A stretch of 24,321 nucleotides of DNA. It comes from a virus. Its lineage: Duplodnaviria; Caudoviricetes. Position 1 is the stretch's first letter. Every line of letters begins with the position of its first letter. Shown one piece after another: positions 15,093 through 22,841 of the stretch. The notes beneath the pieces were generated by a model that was given only the letters and a program-made list of their open reading frames with translations, was not told the origin of the DNA and ran no database searches. A program made the position numbers and the translations under genes. The stretch covers positions 1 to 24,321 of the IMG/VR virus record IMGVR_UViG_3300030102_001761; one strand, given 5' to 3'.

Positions 15093-16807
15093 TACTCAGT
15101 AATCCCTTGTGCTAGTATGTCCATGCCTGCTCCACGGATGGCTGCTGCCTCCGTTCCACCACCAACGGGTATTGCGTCGGGACTATCTGCTGGAGGACCA
15201 AGAGGAGCCTGCTGGGCTCCCTGACCACCACCCGGTGCTGTAGGCATTGGGGGTGCTTCCTCTGGCATAAAGTCTTCGGGCAGGTTGTGAAGTCTAATAA
15301 GTTCTTCCAAGATCTTGCGAGGGTCAACACCCAACTGAACAAGAACAGGAAGCAACTCTGTAATGGATTGCTTCTTGATAGCAGCAGACAGAGGGGTAGA
15401 GGACTGGTCAGCGGCAGCATATTTAAACTTACCTCTAAAGTCTTCCTCAGTCAGAACCTTAACATTGCCATCAATATAAACCATTTCTTTAGCGTGATCA
15501 TCAGGCTTGGTCATCAGAAGATGCTGGAACATACTTACGTAAATCTGACAGATGATCTCAAGAGACCGGTCACGGGACCTTGCTAGTTTGCCAATCTCTG
15601 AAGCAGAGTATTGGGTAAGAGCAGCAATCTCTGTGGCAGATGCATTGGTAGCCTGACCTCTGGTGAAGGGAGCAAGGATAGAACCACGGTCCAGATCCTG
15701 TCTAACCTCAGCCTTGTAGATACTGTAGTCAGGAGAAAATGTATTAGCAATCAGAGGAACGATAGCAGTACGAGCATCAGAATCAGGAGGCAAGTCCATC
15801 TCCACAATAGACTGGTCACGGTTCTCTGCGAGGATGGCTTTCGCCTCTTCATCTAGAGTTCCCTTTCTGGTTACATAGACACGAGCATCACGGCGTAGAC
15901 CGTTAGCCCAGACAGTCCGTAAGTTATTAACTTCCCACAACTGGTCGTAGATCAGACCCAATCTAGAGAAACCCTTGAGAGGATACTGCGGATCGTATGC
16001 AAGATACATAGGAGCGATTGGGGCTTGGGGAGTGCCATCGGGCTTACGGAAAGGAACCGCAGGAGCCTTCTCAATCACTCCATCCTTGCTGTCGTAGTTG
16101 GGAGAATAAAAGATTAACTCATCATTGATAAGGTCATACAGTTCGTAGATCTCAACATACTGAAGGAGTGCATCATCTATATCATCAATCTTGCCACCAT
16201 TGGATAAAAGATAAGATGTGTCTGCTGAATCAAGAACCTGATTGAACTCATTAAGATAATCATTCTTGATGGATGCCTTGAACCTTTTGTTACCAAAGCG
16301 CTCCTTGGCTTGCTTGGCTGGGAGATAGTATCGATGCCCACAGAAGCGCATCGACTCCCAGTTGTTAGCATCCATATCAATTATAACATCCCAAGGATGC
16401 ACCGCTTTAATGTCGATGCTATCCATTGCCAGTTCCTTTTCCATCAAACCAAGTTTAAAGAACGCGCAAGGATAGATAAGAGCATACCGCAATCCAGTCT
16501 CAAGCATCTCTGCCTTCTCATACAGGAAACGGTTAAGCACCATCTCTACTGTATCGGGCTCCCCAATGCCCTGTGGATCTCCCCCCACCGCTACGGCTGG
16601 AGCCTTGGCAAATAGAGAAGCAATAAAACTTTCTACAAACCCATAGGCATCAGCAGTCTCAACAGTGACTACTCCACCCTTTGCTGTCTTTTGCTCACGA
16701 AACATCTCAGAGCGATAGGCTCTGGTGTATGCCTCCATAGCGTGCTTGCGCTGATCCCAATAGTTTCGGTGCGCTATAATAATCTGGGATATATCTTTTG
16801 CTTTCAT
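15092..16807 (-). CDS. Portal protein, 571 aa
   Basis: Directly after TerL (TAATG); VHPWDVIID.DA..W, PLKGFS, RG....ASATEIA portal-like motifs; Pro/Gly-rich disordered tail. Confidence 0.85.
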   Translation of the reverse strand: MKAKDISQIIIAHRNYWDQRKHAMEAYTRAYRSEMFREQKTAKGGVVTVETADAYGFVESFIASLFAKAPAVAVGGDPQGIGEPDTVEMVLNRFLYEKAEMLETGLRYALIYPCAFFKLGLMEKELAMDSIDIKAVHPWDVIIDMDANNWESMRFCGHRYYLPAKQAKERFGNKRFKASIKNDYLNEFNQVLDSADTSYLLSNGGKIDDIDDALLQYVEIYELYDLINDELIFYSPNYDSKDGVIEKAPAVPFRKPDGTPQAPIAPMYLAYDPQYPLKGFSRLGLIYDQLWEVNNLRTVWANGLRRDARVYVTRKGTLDEEAKAILAENRDQSIVEMDLPPDSDARTAIVPLIANTFSPDYSIYKAEVRQDLDRGSILAPFTRGQATNASATEIAALTQYSASEIGKLARSRDRSLEIICQIYVSMFQHLLMTKPDDHAKEMVYIDGNVKVLTEEDFRGKFKYAAADQSSTPLSAAIKKQSITELLPVLVQLGVDPRKILEELIRLHNLPEDFMPEEAPPMPTAPGGGQGAQQAPLGPPADSPDAIPVGGGTEAAAIRGAGMDILAQGITE

Positions 16808-18309
16808 TACCTAAATCTCCTCGATGATTTTAATGGATGTGCGGTCGTAATGGGTCTATGCTTAGAGGGACGTCGTTTCTTAACTATCATTCTGTCCCAA
16901 TCAGTCTTCGGTGTCTGAACACTTTGTAAACCACGTAGTGCTAAAGCGTAAGCAATACACCGATCATCGTGGTAGTTGTTCCCTTCAGGGTGGTGCGGTG
17001 CCCTACCCTTGTCATCAATCACGAGGTTTCTCATCTCGCTGAATGTAATGGAATCAATGTTCTCAATAATTCTTTCTTGCAGAGAGGACTTGAACATATC
17101 ATAAAGTTTAATCTTACTCTTCTGCGTGGTAGTAAACGGAACGTAGTTAGAGAAACCAAACCCATCAAAGATTTCTTTAACTGCTGCCCCGTGGTTGTTA
17201 AGTTCAAAAGTTACTGGTGCCTTGTAGGCTCTAGCGATTTGGATTACCTCCTCACTGAAAGCCTTGATAGATAGTTGATTGGAACTGATGATTGCTACTG
17301 GGCTATACGAGATCTTGTCTAGAACGTAAGCAACAGAGAAATCTCTTCCGACACCGGACGCAGGATCAAAACCCACGCTGTAACGATTCCGATCATTATA
17401 GGGTTGAAGAACAACCCGTAGTTTATTTTGTACATCAATAACTTCCAAAGGATCCAGATCTTCATGGCTAAAGAAGTTCTGATCATCCAGAGTATATGCC
17501 TCTTCCAAGTTCGCCGGGTACTCTCGGCGGAAGAGACTTTCTGATTTGATTTCTTCAAGTTTACACCGTCGCCAATAGATCTGTTCATCAGTGAGATTGT
17601 ACAGTTCTTTAAGCGTTTCTTCATTGGAATAAAATGTCAACCCACCTTTTGGTAGTTCCTTCCTGTAATCTGGGAAGGTAAACCAAGGCATCATTATTAC
17701 TTTCCAAGAATCATTATACTGAGCATCCATCGCAATCTGGTGCAGGGCATCACCCCAGTAGTTGGGGGTGCTTTCCACTACGACGTTGGCATCATTAGCA
17801 GATGCTAACAAAGATGCTAATACTTCATCAGCCTTATCATAGAAGGCAAACTCTGATAGATGAGCACCGTTAAATGTATACCCTCTGTCCGTAGCGTCTG
17901 ACTGTGCCGAGAAGGCACCTAGAGAGGCTCCTGTGGCTTCAAAGGTTATCTCATCCCTCTTAATAGTAGAAGCCCGTCTAAGGGGCTTAGGAAGCGTATT
18001 AAGAAATCTCTTGTCTATATCAAGCAACTCTGTAGCAGAACGTAACTTGTTAGACATAACAGCAAACTTTAAAGGATCGGCTGCACAGTAAGCCCGCCAA
18101 AAGAAGTAGGACCTACAAAGAGTAGACGAACCAAGTTGCCGTGCCTTTACAACAGCAACCCTTTTATTATTTTCCAGTGTATTAAGTAATCTAACTTGCT
18201 CTGGATTGATAACGTGACCAAAGGTTTTCAACTTCGCGTTCTTATCTTTAATCTTAAGACGCGGGATGAACTCGTGTGGGTCTAGTATAATGTCACTTAG
18301 GTTCGACAT
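16807..18309 (-). CDS. terL: Terminase large subunit, 500 aa
   Basis: Walker A VVKARQLGSST, Walker B GAHLSEFAF, coupling motif VVESTPN, RNase H-like nuclease acids GFDPASG..RDFS and HDDR. Confidence 0.93.
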   Translation of the reverse strand: MSNLSDIILDPHEFIPRLKIKDKNAKLKTFGHVINPEQVRLLNTLENNKRVAVVKARQLGSSTLCRSYFFWRAYCAADPLKFAVMSNKLRSATELLDIDKRFLNTLPKPLRRASTIKRDEITFEATGASLGAFSAQSDATDRGYTFNGAHLSEFAFYDKADEVLASLLASANDANVVVESTPNYWGDALHQIAMDAQYNDSWKVIMMPWFTFPDYRKELPKGGLTFYSNEETLKELYNLTDEQIYWRRCKLEEIKSESLFRREYPANLEEAYTLDDQNFFSHEDLDPLEVIDVQNKLRVVLQPYNDRNRYSVGFDPASGVGRDFSVAYVLDKISYSPVAIISSNQLSIKAFSEEVIQIARAYKAPVTFELNNHGAAVKEIFDGFGFSNYVPFTTTQKSKIKLYDMFKSSLQERIIENIDSITFSEMRNLVIDDKGRAPHHPEGNNYHDDRCIAYALALRGLQSVQTPKTDWDRMIVKKRRPSKHRPITTAHPLKSSRRFR

Positions 18310-18550
18310 TGGGGTCCTTCTTCTTTACAGACACCAGCCACTCATCGACTGGAGAAGAACCATCTTCACCGACCACCGTTAGACCACGATATAAAACAAG
18401 TAGTGAGATTAAGTCTTGAGGCTTGAAGCCTTTAAAGTCTTCATCAGCAAACTTAGATGTGACATCGTATATCAAACACCTAACTGCTTCTGCTATATCA
18501 CCACTTTCAAGAGCCTTTAAGCCCTTTGTTATTTTCTTTCTTCGTGCCAT
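18293..18550 (-). CDS. Candidate terminase small subunit, 85 aa
   Basis: Immediately upstream of and overlapping TerL; basic N-terminus, helical core. Function from position only. Confidence 0.45.
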   Translation of the reverse strand: MARRKKITKGLKALESGDIAEAVRCLIYDVTSKFADEDFKGFKPQDLISLLVLYRGLTVVGEDGSSPVDEWLVSVKKKDPNVEPK

Positions 18551-18612
18551 TGTTCCATCCGGTGTTATTCTTTTCCCGTAAAGGTATTCATAGAAATCTT
18601 TATGGGAGAAGG

Positions 18613-18810
18613 CTAATCTTCTGGTTCGCTATTAATAGGAAGATTTGTCAATACTTCCTCAAGAGAAGGAGGGGAACACTTCTTCATTAACTTTTTTAAG
18701 TAACGTTCGATGTTCCCCCCTGTGATTACCCTGCGTGCGACACGTTCGAGGTTTCTCCTCTCTTTGTTTCTCTTATGATACTCTCTTTGTTTTTTCTCAT
18801 AAGTGCTCAA
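18613..18810 (-). CDS. Hypothetical basic protein, 65 aa (TTG start)
   Basis: Overlaps the end of the sigma-R4 gene; Arg/Lys-rich helix (KKQREYHKRNKERRNLERVARR); GAGGA upstream. Confidence 0.5.
   Translation of the reverse strand: MSTYEKKQREYHKRNKERRNLERVARRVITGGNIERYLKKLMKKCSPPSLEEVLTNLPINSEPED
18628..18651 (-). promoter_or_regulatory. Copy of recurring late-promoter-like motif (TTGACA-N8-TATTAA)
   Basis: Minus strand TTGACAAATCTTCCTATTAATAGC about 80 nt upstream of the TerS/TerL/portal block, inside the 3' end of the 65-aa ORF. Confidence 0.55.
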
Positions 18811-19201
18811 TCTTAATGTTTCCTCGCAACTTCTTCAGTGCTTTTGCGTAGCACTTGCGAACAGATTCGTGTGAACAATTCTCTAAGCCTGCAACATAAC
18901 GAAGGGAAGCATCGTCCTCTGCAATCGCTAAGAATACTCTCATCTCTTTCTCTGTAAGCAAACCTTCTATCTCATCCAAGAGATTATTATATCTTTTATG
19001 ACTGTCTTCTCTTTCAATGTATGTGGCTTCGGGACTAGGGAAAGAGTTAAGCCAACTGTCATTAGCAGAGATATACCTAACATAATCATACATCTCTAAG
19101 TTTAATACTTCTTGATATGTCTCAGCCTGCTCTAGTTTGTCTGAGTATGTTACTCTTGCAGGTCTCATGGTCTTACTACCGTACTTTCTTTTGCTCATCA
19201 T
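18797..19201 (-). CDS. Stand-alone sigma-70 region-4 HTH protein (133-134 aa; start at ATG 19201 or 19198)
   Basis: LLTEKEMRVFLAIAEDDASLRYVAGLENCSHESVRKCYAKALKKLR is a clear region-4 pattern; no region 2 recognised; RBS ATAGGAGACC. Confidence 0.8.
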   Translation of the reverse strand: MMSKRKYGSKTMRPARVTYSDKLEQAETYQEVLNLEMYDYVRYISANDSWLNSFPSPEATYIEREDSHKRYNNLLDEIEGLLTEKEMRVFLAIAEDDASLRYVAGLENCSHESVRKCYAKALKKLRGNIKIEHL

Positions 19202-19243
19202 ATGGTCTCCTATATGTAGATTTACAATATCTACACAATAAGT

Positions 19244-19272
19244 AGTATACAACAAACTGAACGGTAATTCAA
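19244..19272 (-). promoter_or_regulatory. Sigma70-type (early) promoter of the sigma-R4 gene
   Basis: Minus strand TTGAAT (19272-67), 17-nt spacer, TATACT (19249-44). Confidence 0.65.
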
Positions 19273-19283
19273 GTTGACATTTA

Positions 19284-20375
19284 TTATTCAGGTATGTTAG
19301 GGTAAAACTCCTCTAAGTGTCCAATCACTCGCTTTTTGTAATCCGCTCTCTCATCCTGATCCGGTTTCTGCACGCGGATTATGTAGTCTGCGATACGCCC
19401 CCGCGCTCCGGGACTAACGATGTCAAGGTCAGCCTGCGGTGCGAAGTTTCTTCTGTACAACTGATACATTGTAGTGACAGCACCTTGGAAAGCAGGATCG
19501 GGGTCAGTATTAAGTCTGTAGGTTATTTCATCAGTAAGCCTGTTTTGCCCTTCATCTGTCTGGAGATCGCCCATATCTAAACCACGGTCCATAAAGAATG
19601 CTTGTAGTACCGCCGAGTCATCTGGATTCCTACGCATATAATTTAAAGCGTCTTTGATTGTTCGTCCTTCTATCTGTGTAGCACCGACGGCACCGAAGAG
19701 CGGATCTCTAGGTCTATAGGGCGTGAGCAGTCCCTCTGCCTCTAGACGCCTTTTTATCTCTCTTTGACCTTCTGGTGTGGTAGGATCTAAACCCCGCGCT
19801 ACACGTCTTAGATCTTTCTCAAGCGGCTCGGATATTCTAGGAGCAGTTCTGGGCATAGCATCAAACTCGTCCTCTAAAAGATTAGGTGATCTAGGATCCA
19901 AGCCAGCCGCACCTTGGCGTAGCATTATGCCCGGATCTCCCTCCCGACCTAAGTAAGATTCTTGCTCACCTACCATCTGAAGTTCAGCAATTAATCTAGA
20001 CTTCTCTGGATCTAGTCTGGGGATGTGCTTAGCAAACTCTGCTGTAAAATCACCCACTTGCCTGAACAAAGGAACTGAAGGATATGGAACATCCATAACT
20101 TTAGGTTCGTCAGCATAAGTTTCTAGAGAAGGTGTCGGTGCGTCTGGGACAAGTACATCCTCTGTGCCTGTGCGTAAAACAGTACCCTCAATAAAAGTAT
20201 CGTATGCTGAACTTTCTGGTACCATAAAAGGAGAATCAAAAACAGGCTCTGGTAAGACTTCGAGATTTGGTCCTTCGTCTGCTGGTCGCCGGATATATCT
20301 AATAACCGGAGCGTTGGGATCTACTTCCTCTTCCTCTTCTTCCTCACCACCAAATAGAAAGTCTAAGATGCCCAT
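19284..20375 (-). CDS. Putative lysozyme-fold/lytic transglycosylase-like protein with acidic N-terminus, 363 aa
   Basis: SLT-like motif I (MVGEQESYLG) and motif II (GAVGATQI...T..D) separated by an unusually long segment; follows a holin-like gene. Confidence 0.4.
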   Translation of the reverse strand: MGILDFLFGGEEEEEEEVDPNAPVIRYIRRPADEGPNLEVLPEPVFDSPFMVPESSAYDTFIEGTVLRTGTEDVLVPDAPTPSLETYADEPKVMDVPYPSVPLFRQVGDFTAEFAKHIPRLDPEKSRLIAELQMVGEQESYLGREGDPGIMLRQGAAGLDPRSPNLLEDEFDAMPRTAPRISEPLEKDLRRVARGLDPTTPEGQREIKRRLEAEGLLTPYRPRDPLFGAVGATQIEGRTIKDALNYMRRNPDDSAVLQAFFMDRGLDMGDLQTDEGQNRLTDEITYRLNTDPDPAFQGAVTTMYQLYRRNFAPQADLDIVSPGARGRIADYIIRVQKPDQDERADYKKRVIGHLEEFYPNIPE

Positions 20376-20377
20376 AC

Positions 20378-20566
20378 TTACGCCCCCTTAAGTTTTACAA
20401 TCGCATCAATGACAGACTGACCGCCAATATACAATGCGCTGATGGTAACCCAGTCACCTGAAGTTAAATAACCAGTAGCCGCCAGCCCTGTGGCTGTTGC
20501 CCATACAAGCAACTTACGAGACAGGATCTTTTCCAATCCCTTATCGAGCAGAGCCTTAGCCATCAC
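20378..20566 (-). CDS. Holin-like small membrane protein, 62 aa
   Basis: SRKLLVW followed by two hydrophobic segments ending YIGGQSVID; ATGA coupling to the upstream gene. Confidence 0.6.
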   Translation of the reverse strand: MMAKALLDKGLEKILSRKLLVWATATGLAATGYLTSGDWVTISALYIGGQSVIDAIVKLKGA

Positions 20567-20862
20567 ATCGCTCTCAATCTGGAGGCTTCACCATCCCAGA
20601 GTTCATCAACATCTTCCACACATTTATCATATGTCTCTTCTACGCACACTACAAAGCGGCTCCAGCCTTCCTCCCAGTCAATCCAGTCTAGTTTACCATA
20701 TGTTCCGTTGGGTCCTAGAAACAGTGCTCTCGCTCCATCTACGTGGAACTCACAAGAAGCAGTTAAAGATTTGCCCCACAGGGTTCCTTCAACATCAAAC
20801 TCAGCAAGACGGTTTGCTGCCAGTGCTGGATCAACAGCGTCTAATATAAACAATACTCTCAT
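20563..20862 (-). CDS. Hypothetical acidic protein, 99 aa
   Basis: RBS AAGGAG; tightly packed between neighbours. Confidence 0.65.
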   Translation of the reverse strand: MRVLFILDAVDPALAANRLAEFDVEGTLWGKSLTASCEFHVDGARALFLGPNGTYGKLDWIDWEEGWSRFVVCVEETYDKCVEDVDELWDGEASRLRAM

Positions 20863-20872
20863 AACATTCTCC

Positions 20873-21628
20873 TTATGCTGTTACTGTGGTGCCGTTAGGG
20901 ATCAATCTGTAGTAGATCTTGGCTTTGATAGTAGCAGCCGCCGCGTTGTCTGTAAAGACAGCAAAGGCAATCTGGTTATAGTTATCATCACCAGTGTCAG
21001 GTGCAAGAGTGATCGCTGAGTTATTAGATTTATTATTGTCCTCGAACTCATATGAATCACCGGGATCTTGGATCTGGACAATGCGAGAGATTGATTTAAG
21101 AACTGTTGAACCATTAGCAATTTGGAACTGTGGCTTCATCCACATTTGGTAGTTGGTGTGCTCTGTCGTATCGGAACCGGTTGAGGTTGCAGTTCTTGAG
21201 AAGATAGTTGGCTTTGGTCCAGACGACGCAGAGTCAAATACCATGCCACCAAGTTCCATATTATGCCCACTATCACCAAAGTTATCGGCATCACCATCAG
21301 TCAACCCCAATCCTATGTTTACATGATTCTCTGTAGTAGCAGTGGTAGTCTGGATCCTAAACTCAATATCATAGTTCTGCTGCTTAGCCGCTGCTAGAAG
21401 GACGATAGATCCACTCTTAGTTCGTGGGCGCCAACACCAGACTGCTCCAGCGGAGGCGACGGTTTGAGCCTTAGAACCTGCAAGGCTAATAACCCACCCG
21501 TCAGTGCTATTATAAGTAACAGCAGAAGCAAGCACGCTATTCGGATCAGCACTAGTTTCAGCGGTTGAGGGCTGAAGTTCCAGCCACTGAGATGTGTCTT
21601 TGGGACCAAATACATTTTTAATAGCCAT
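20873..21628 (-). CDS. Hypothetical beta-rich, probably virion-associated protein, 251 aa
   Basis: RBS AAGGAG; Ser/Thr/Asn/Ala-rich with alternating beta-strand patterns. Confidence 0.6.
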   Translation of the reverse strand: MAIKNVFGPKDTSQWLELQPSTAETSADPNSVLASAVTYNSTDGWVISLAGSKAQTVASAGAVWCWRPRTKSGSIVLLAAAKQQNYDIEFRIQTTTATTENHVNIGLGLTDGDADNFGDSGHNMELGGMVFDSASSGPKPTIFSRTATSTGSDTTEHTNYQMWMKPQFQIANGSTVLKSISRIVQIQDPGDSYEFEDNNKSNNSAITLAPDTGDDNYNQIAFAVFTDNAAAATIKAKIYYRLIPNGTTVTA

Positions 21629-21642
21629 TGTTAGGGTTCTCC

Positions 21643-22053
21643 TTAAGCGTGTGCATCATACGTAAGATACGCAGACGCAGCCGTAAAGGTGCCCGCATCG
21701 CCCTTGATGAAAGCATAAAGTGTGGTAGCCTCTCCGCTACCGGGAACTCCTATAGCCCAACCAGCAGTGCCCTTAGTGGCAGTGGTCGTGCCAACAGTAA
21801 TGTCAGCCTCAGACTCAGGGATGATGATCTCATCTCCCGCTGCATCCGAACAGATGTACATAGTAATCTTTGTGGTGCTGGATATCGAACTGCACTTAAC
21901 GTACAGGTAATGAAAGTTTAAAGCAGCATCAGTTGCTGCCTTGGGAATTGAAAAGGTTAAAACCTTTGATGTCGAATATGACGTCCCAACAGATGAAGGT
22001 GTTGTGGACGATGTTGCTAATGATGGCAGTTCTACTGCTCTAACGGTAGGCAT
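21643..22053 (-). CDS. Hypothetical Thr/Ser/Ala-rich beta protein (136 aa; start corrected to ATG 22053)
   Basis: RBS GAGGAG 7 nt upstream; first gene after a promoter-motif copy. Confidence 0.65.
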   Translation of the reverse strand: MPTVRAVELPSLATSSTTPSSVGTSYSTSKVLTFSIPKAATDAALNFHYLYVKCSSISSTTKITMYICSDAAGDEIIIPESEADITVGTTTATKGTAGWAIGVPGSGEATTLYAFIKGDAGTFTAASAYLTYDAHA

Positions 22054-22064
22054 ATGATCTCTCC

Positions 22065-22087
22065 TCATATATTAAATGTTTTGTCAT
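22065..22087 (-). promoter_or_regulatory. Copy of recurring late-promoter-like motif (ATGACA-N7-TAATAT)
   Basis: Minus strand ATGACAAAACATTTAATATATGA in the intergenic gap. Confidence 0.5.
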
Positions 22088-22089
22088 TA

Positions 22090-22236
22090 TTACTTCTTCT
22101 TTTTCTTAGCCATACGATTGATCTTCTGTCCGGCTTTCTTAGCCTTCTGGTAAGACTTGCTTCTGGGGTTTGACTTCTCACCACGAGCCCTCTTGGCACG
22201 GATGTTATCCCAAAGCCCTTTTTTCTTTTTAGGCAT
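22090..22236 (-). CDS. Very basic microprotein, 48 aa (not in ORF track)
   Basis: RBS TAAGGAG; MPKKKKGLWDNIRAKRARGEKSNPRSKSYQKAKKAGQKINRMAKKKKK, then TAA TAA TGA. Confidence 0.75.
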   Translation of the reverse strand: MPKKKKGLWDNIRAKRARGEKSNPRSKSYQKAKKAGQKINRMAKKKKK

Positions 22237-22247
22237 AGGTTATCTCC

Positions 22248-22349
22248 TTAATATTTCTTTGACTTCTTCTTGGTCTTCTTGTAAGGATCAGTCTTCTTGA
22301 TTGCCTTTTTCCTAGGCATAGTCTTCTTGGTCTTGGTCTTCTTATACAT
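22248..22349 (-). CDS. Lys-rich microprotein, 33 aa (not in ORF track)
   Basis: RBS AAGGAG 8 nt upstream; MYKKTKTKKTMPRKKAIKKTDPYKKTKKKSKKY; fills the gap exactly. Confidence 0.7.
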   Translation of the reverse strand: MYKKTKTKKTMPRKKAIKKTDPYKKTKKKSKKY

Positions 22350-22351
22350 TG

Positions 22352-22612
22352 TTACCACTCCTTGCAGGACCAGTATCCTGCGGTTGTTTTATCTTTTTTC
22401 TTATCACACTGATGCCGTTCTCTAAAAGACTTGCGTGCTTTGGGATTGCCTTTCCGGATCTTCATATTTGCATCACCATACTTAACAATCTTTTCTTTGC
22501 CCCCTTGGCAACCTTTAACTACTTTCTTTTTCTTGCCATGACCTGCTTCGCCCTTCCTAATACGGCGAGGCTTGTTGCACTTCATTGCTTTTTTATTAGT
22601 TCTCTTTGGCAT
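22352..22612 (-). CDS. Small basic Cys/His-containing phage protein (86 aa; start corrected to ATG 22612)
   Basis: RBS AAGGAG; KIVKYGDANM...ARKSFRERHQC...AGYWSCKEW, a pattern I recognise from uncharacterised aquatic-phage proteins. Confidence 0.7.
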   Translation of the reverse strand: MPKRTNKKAMKCNKPRRIRKGEAGHGKKKKVVKGCQGGKEKIVKYGDANMKIRKGNPKARKSFRERHQCDKKKDKTTAGYWSCKEW

Positions 22613-22841
22613 CTTTACGAATCTCCTTGATGTCCTCATCAATATTCTCAACACGCTCAATAATATATTTGATGTCTGATTCTATACGAATGAGGGTTTC
22701 ATGGTTATCATCTACGGTTGCTGCTTTGGCTTCTAATGTTAAAAGTCTTTGTCCTGTAACCCCATAGAAAAGAGAAAGGGTGACGATTATCCCACCTATG
22801 ACAAGCATATCCTTGACAGTTATCTTTGTATCAAATGTCAT
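22596..22841 (-). CDS. Single-TM coiled-coil protein (possibly lysis-related), 81 aa
   Basis: Hydrophobic LVIGGIIVTLSLFYGV followed by heptad repeats; ATGA coupling to the upstream gene. Confidence 0.6.
   Translation of the reverse strand: MTFDTKITVKDMLVIGGIIVTLSLFYGVTGQRLLTLEAKAATVDDNHETLIRIESDIKYIIERVENIDEDIKEIRKDAKEN

Noticed and set aside
19229-19249. Resemblance of minus-strand CTACTTATTGTGTAGAT to a Cas12a repeat end
   Set aside because: Single copy, lacks the AATTT 5' part, no spacers or cas genes; it overlaps a -10 box and a leader hairpin that explain the sequence.
19274-19292. Plus-strand TTGACATTTATTATT as another promoter-motif copy
   Set aside because: The spacing fits neither the 7-8-nt motif nor a 17-nt sigma70 promoter, and it points antisense into the 363-aa gene.
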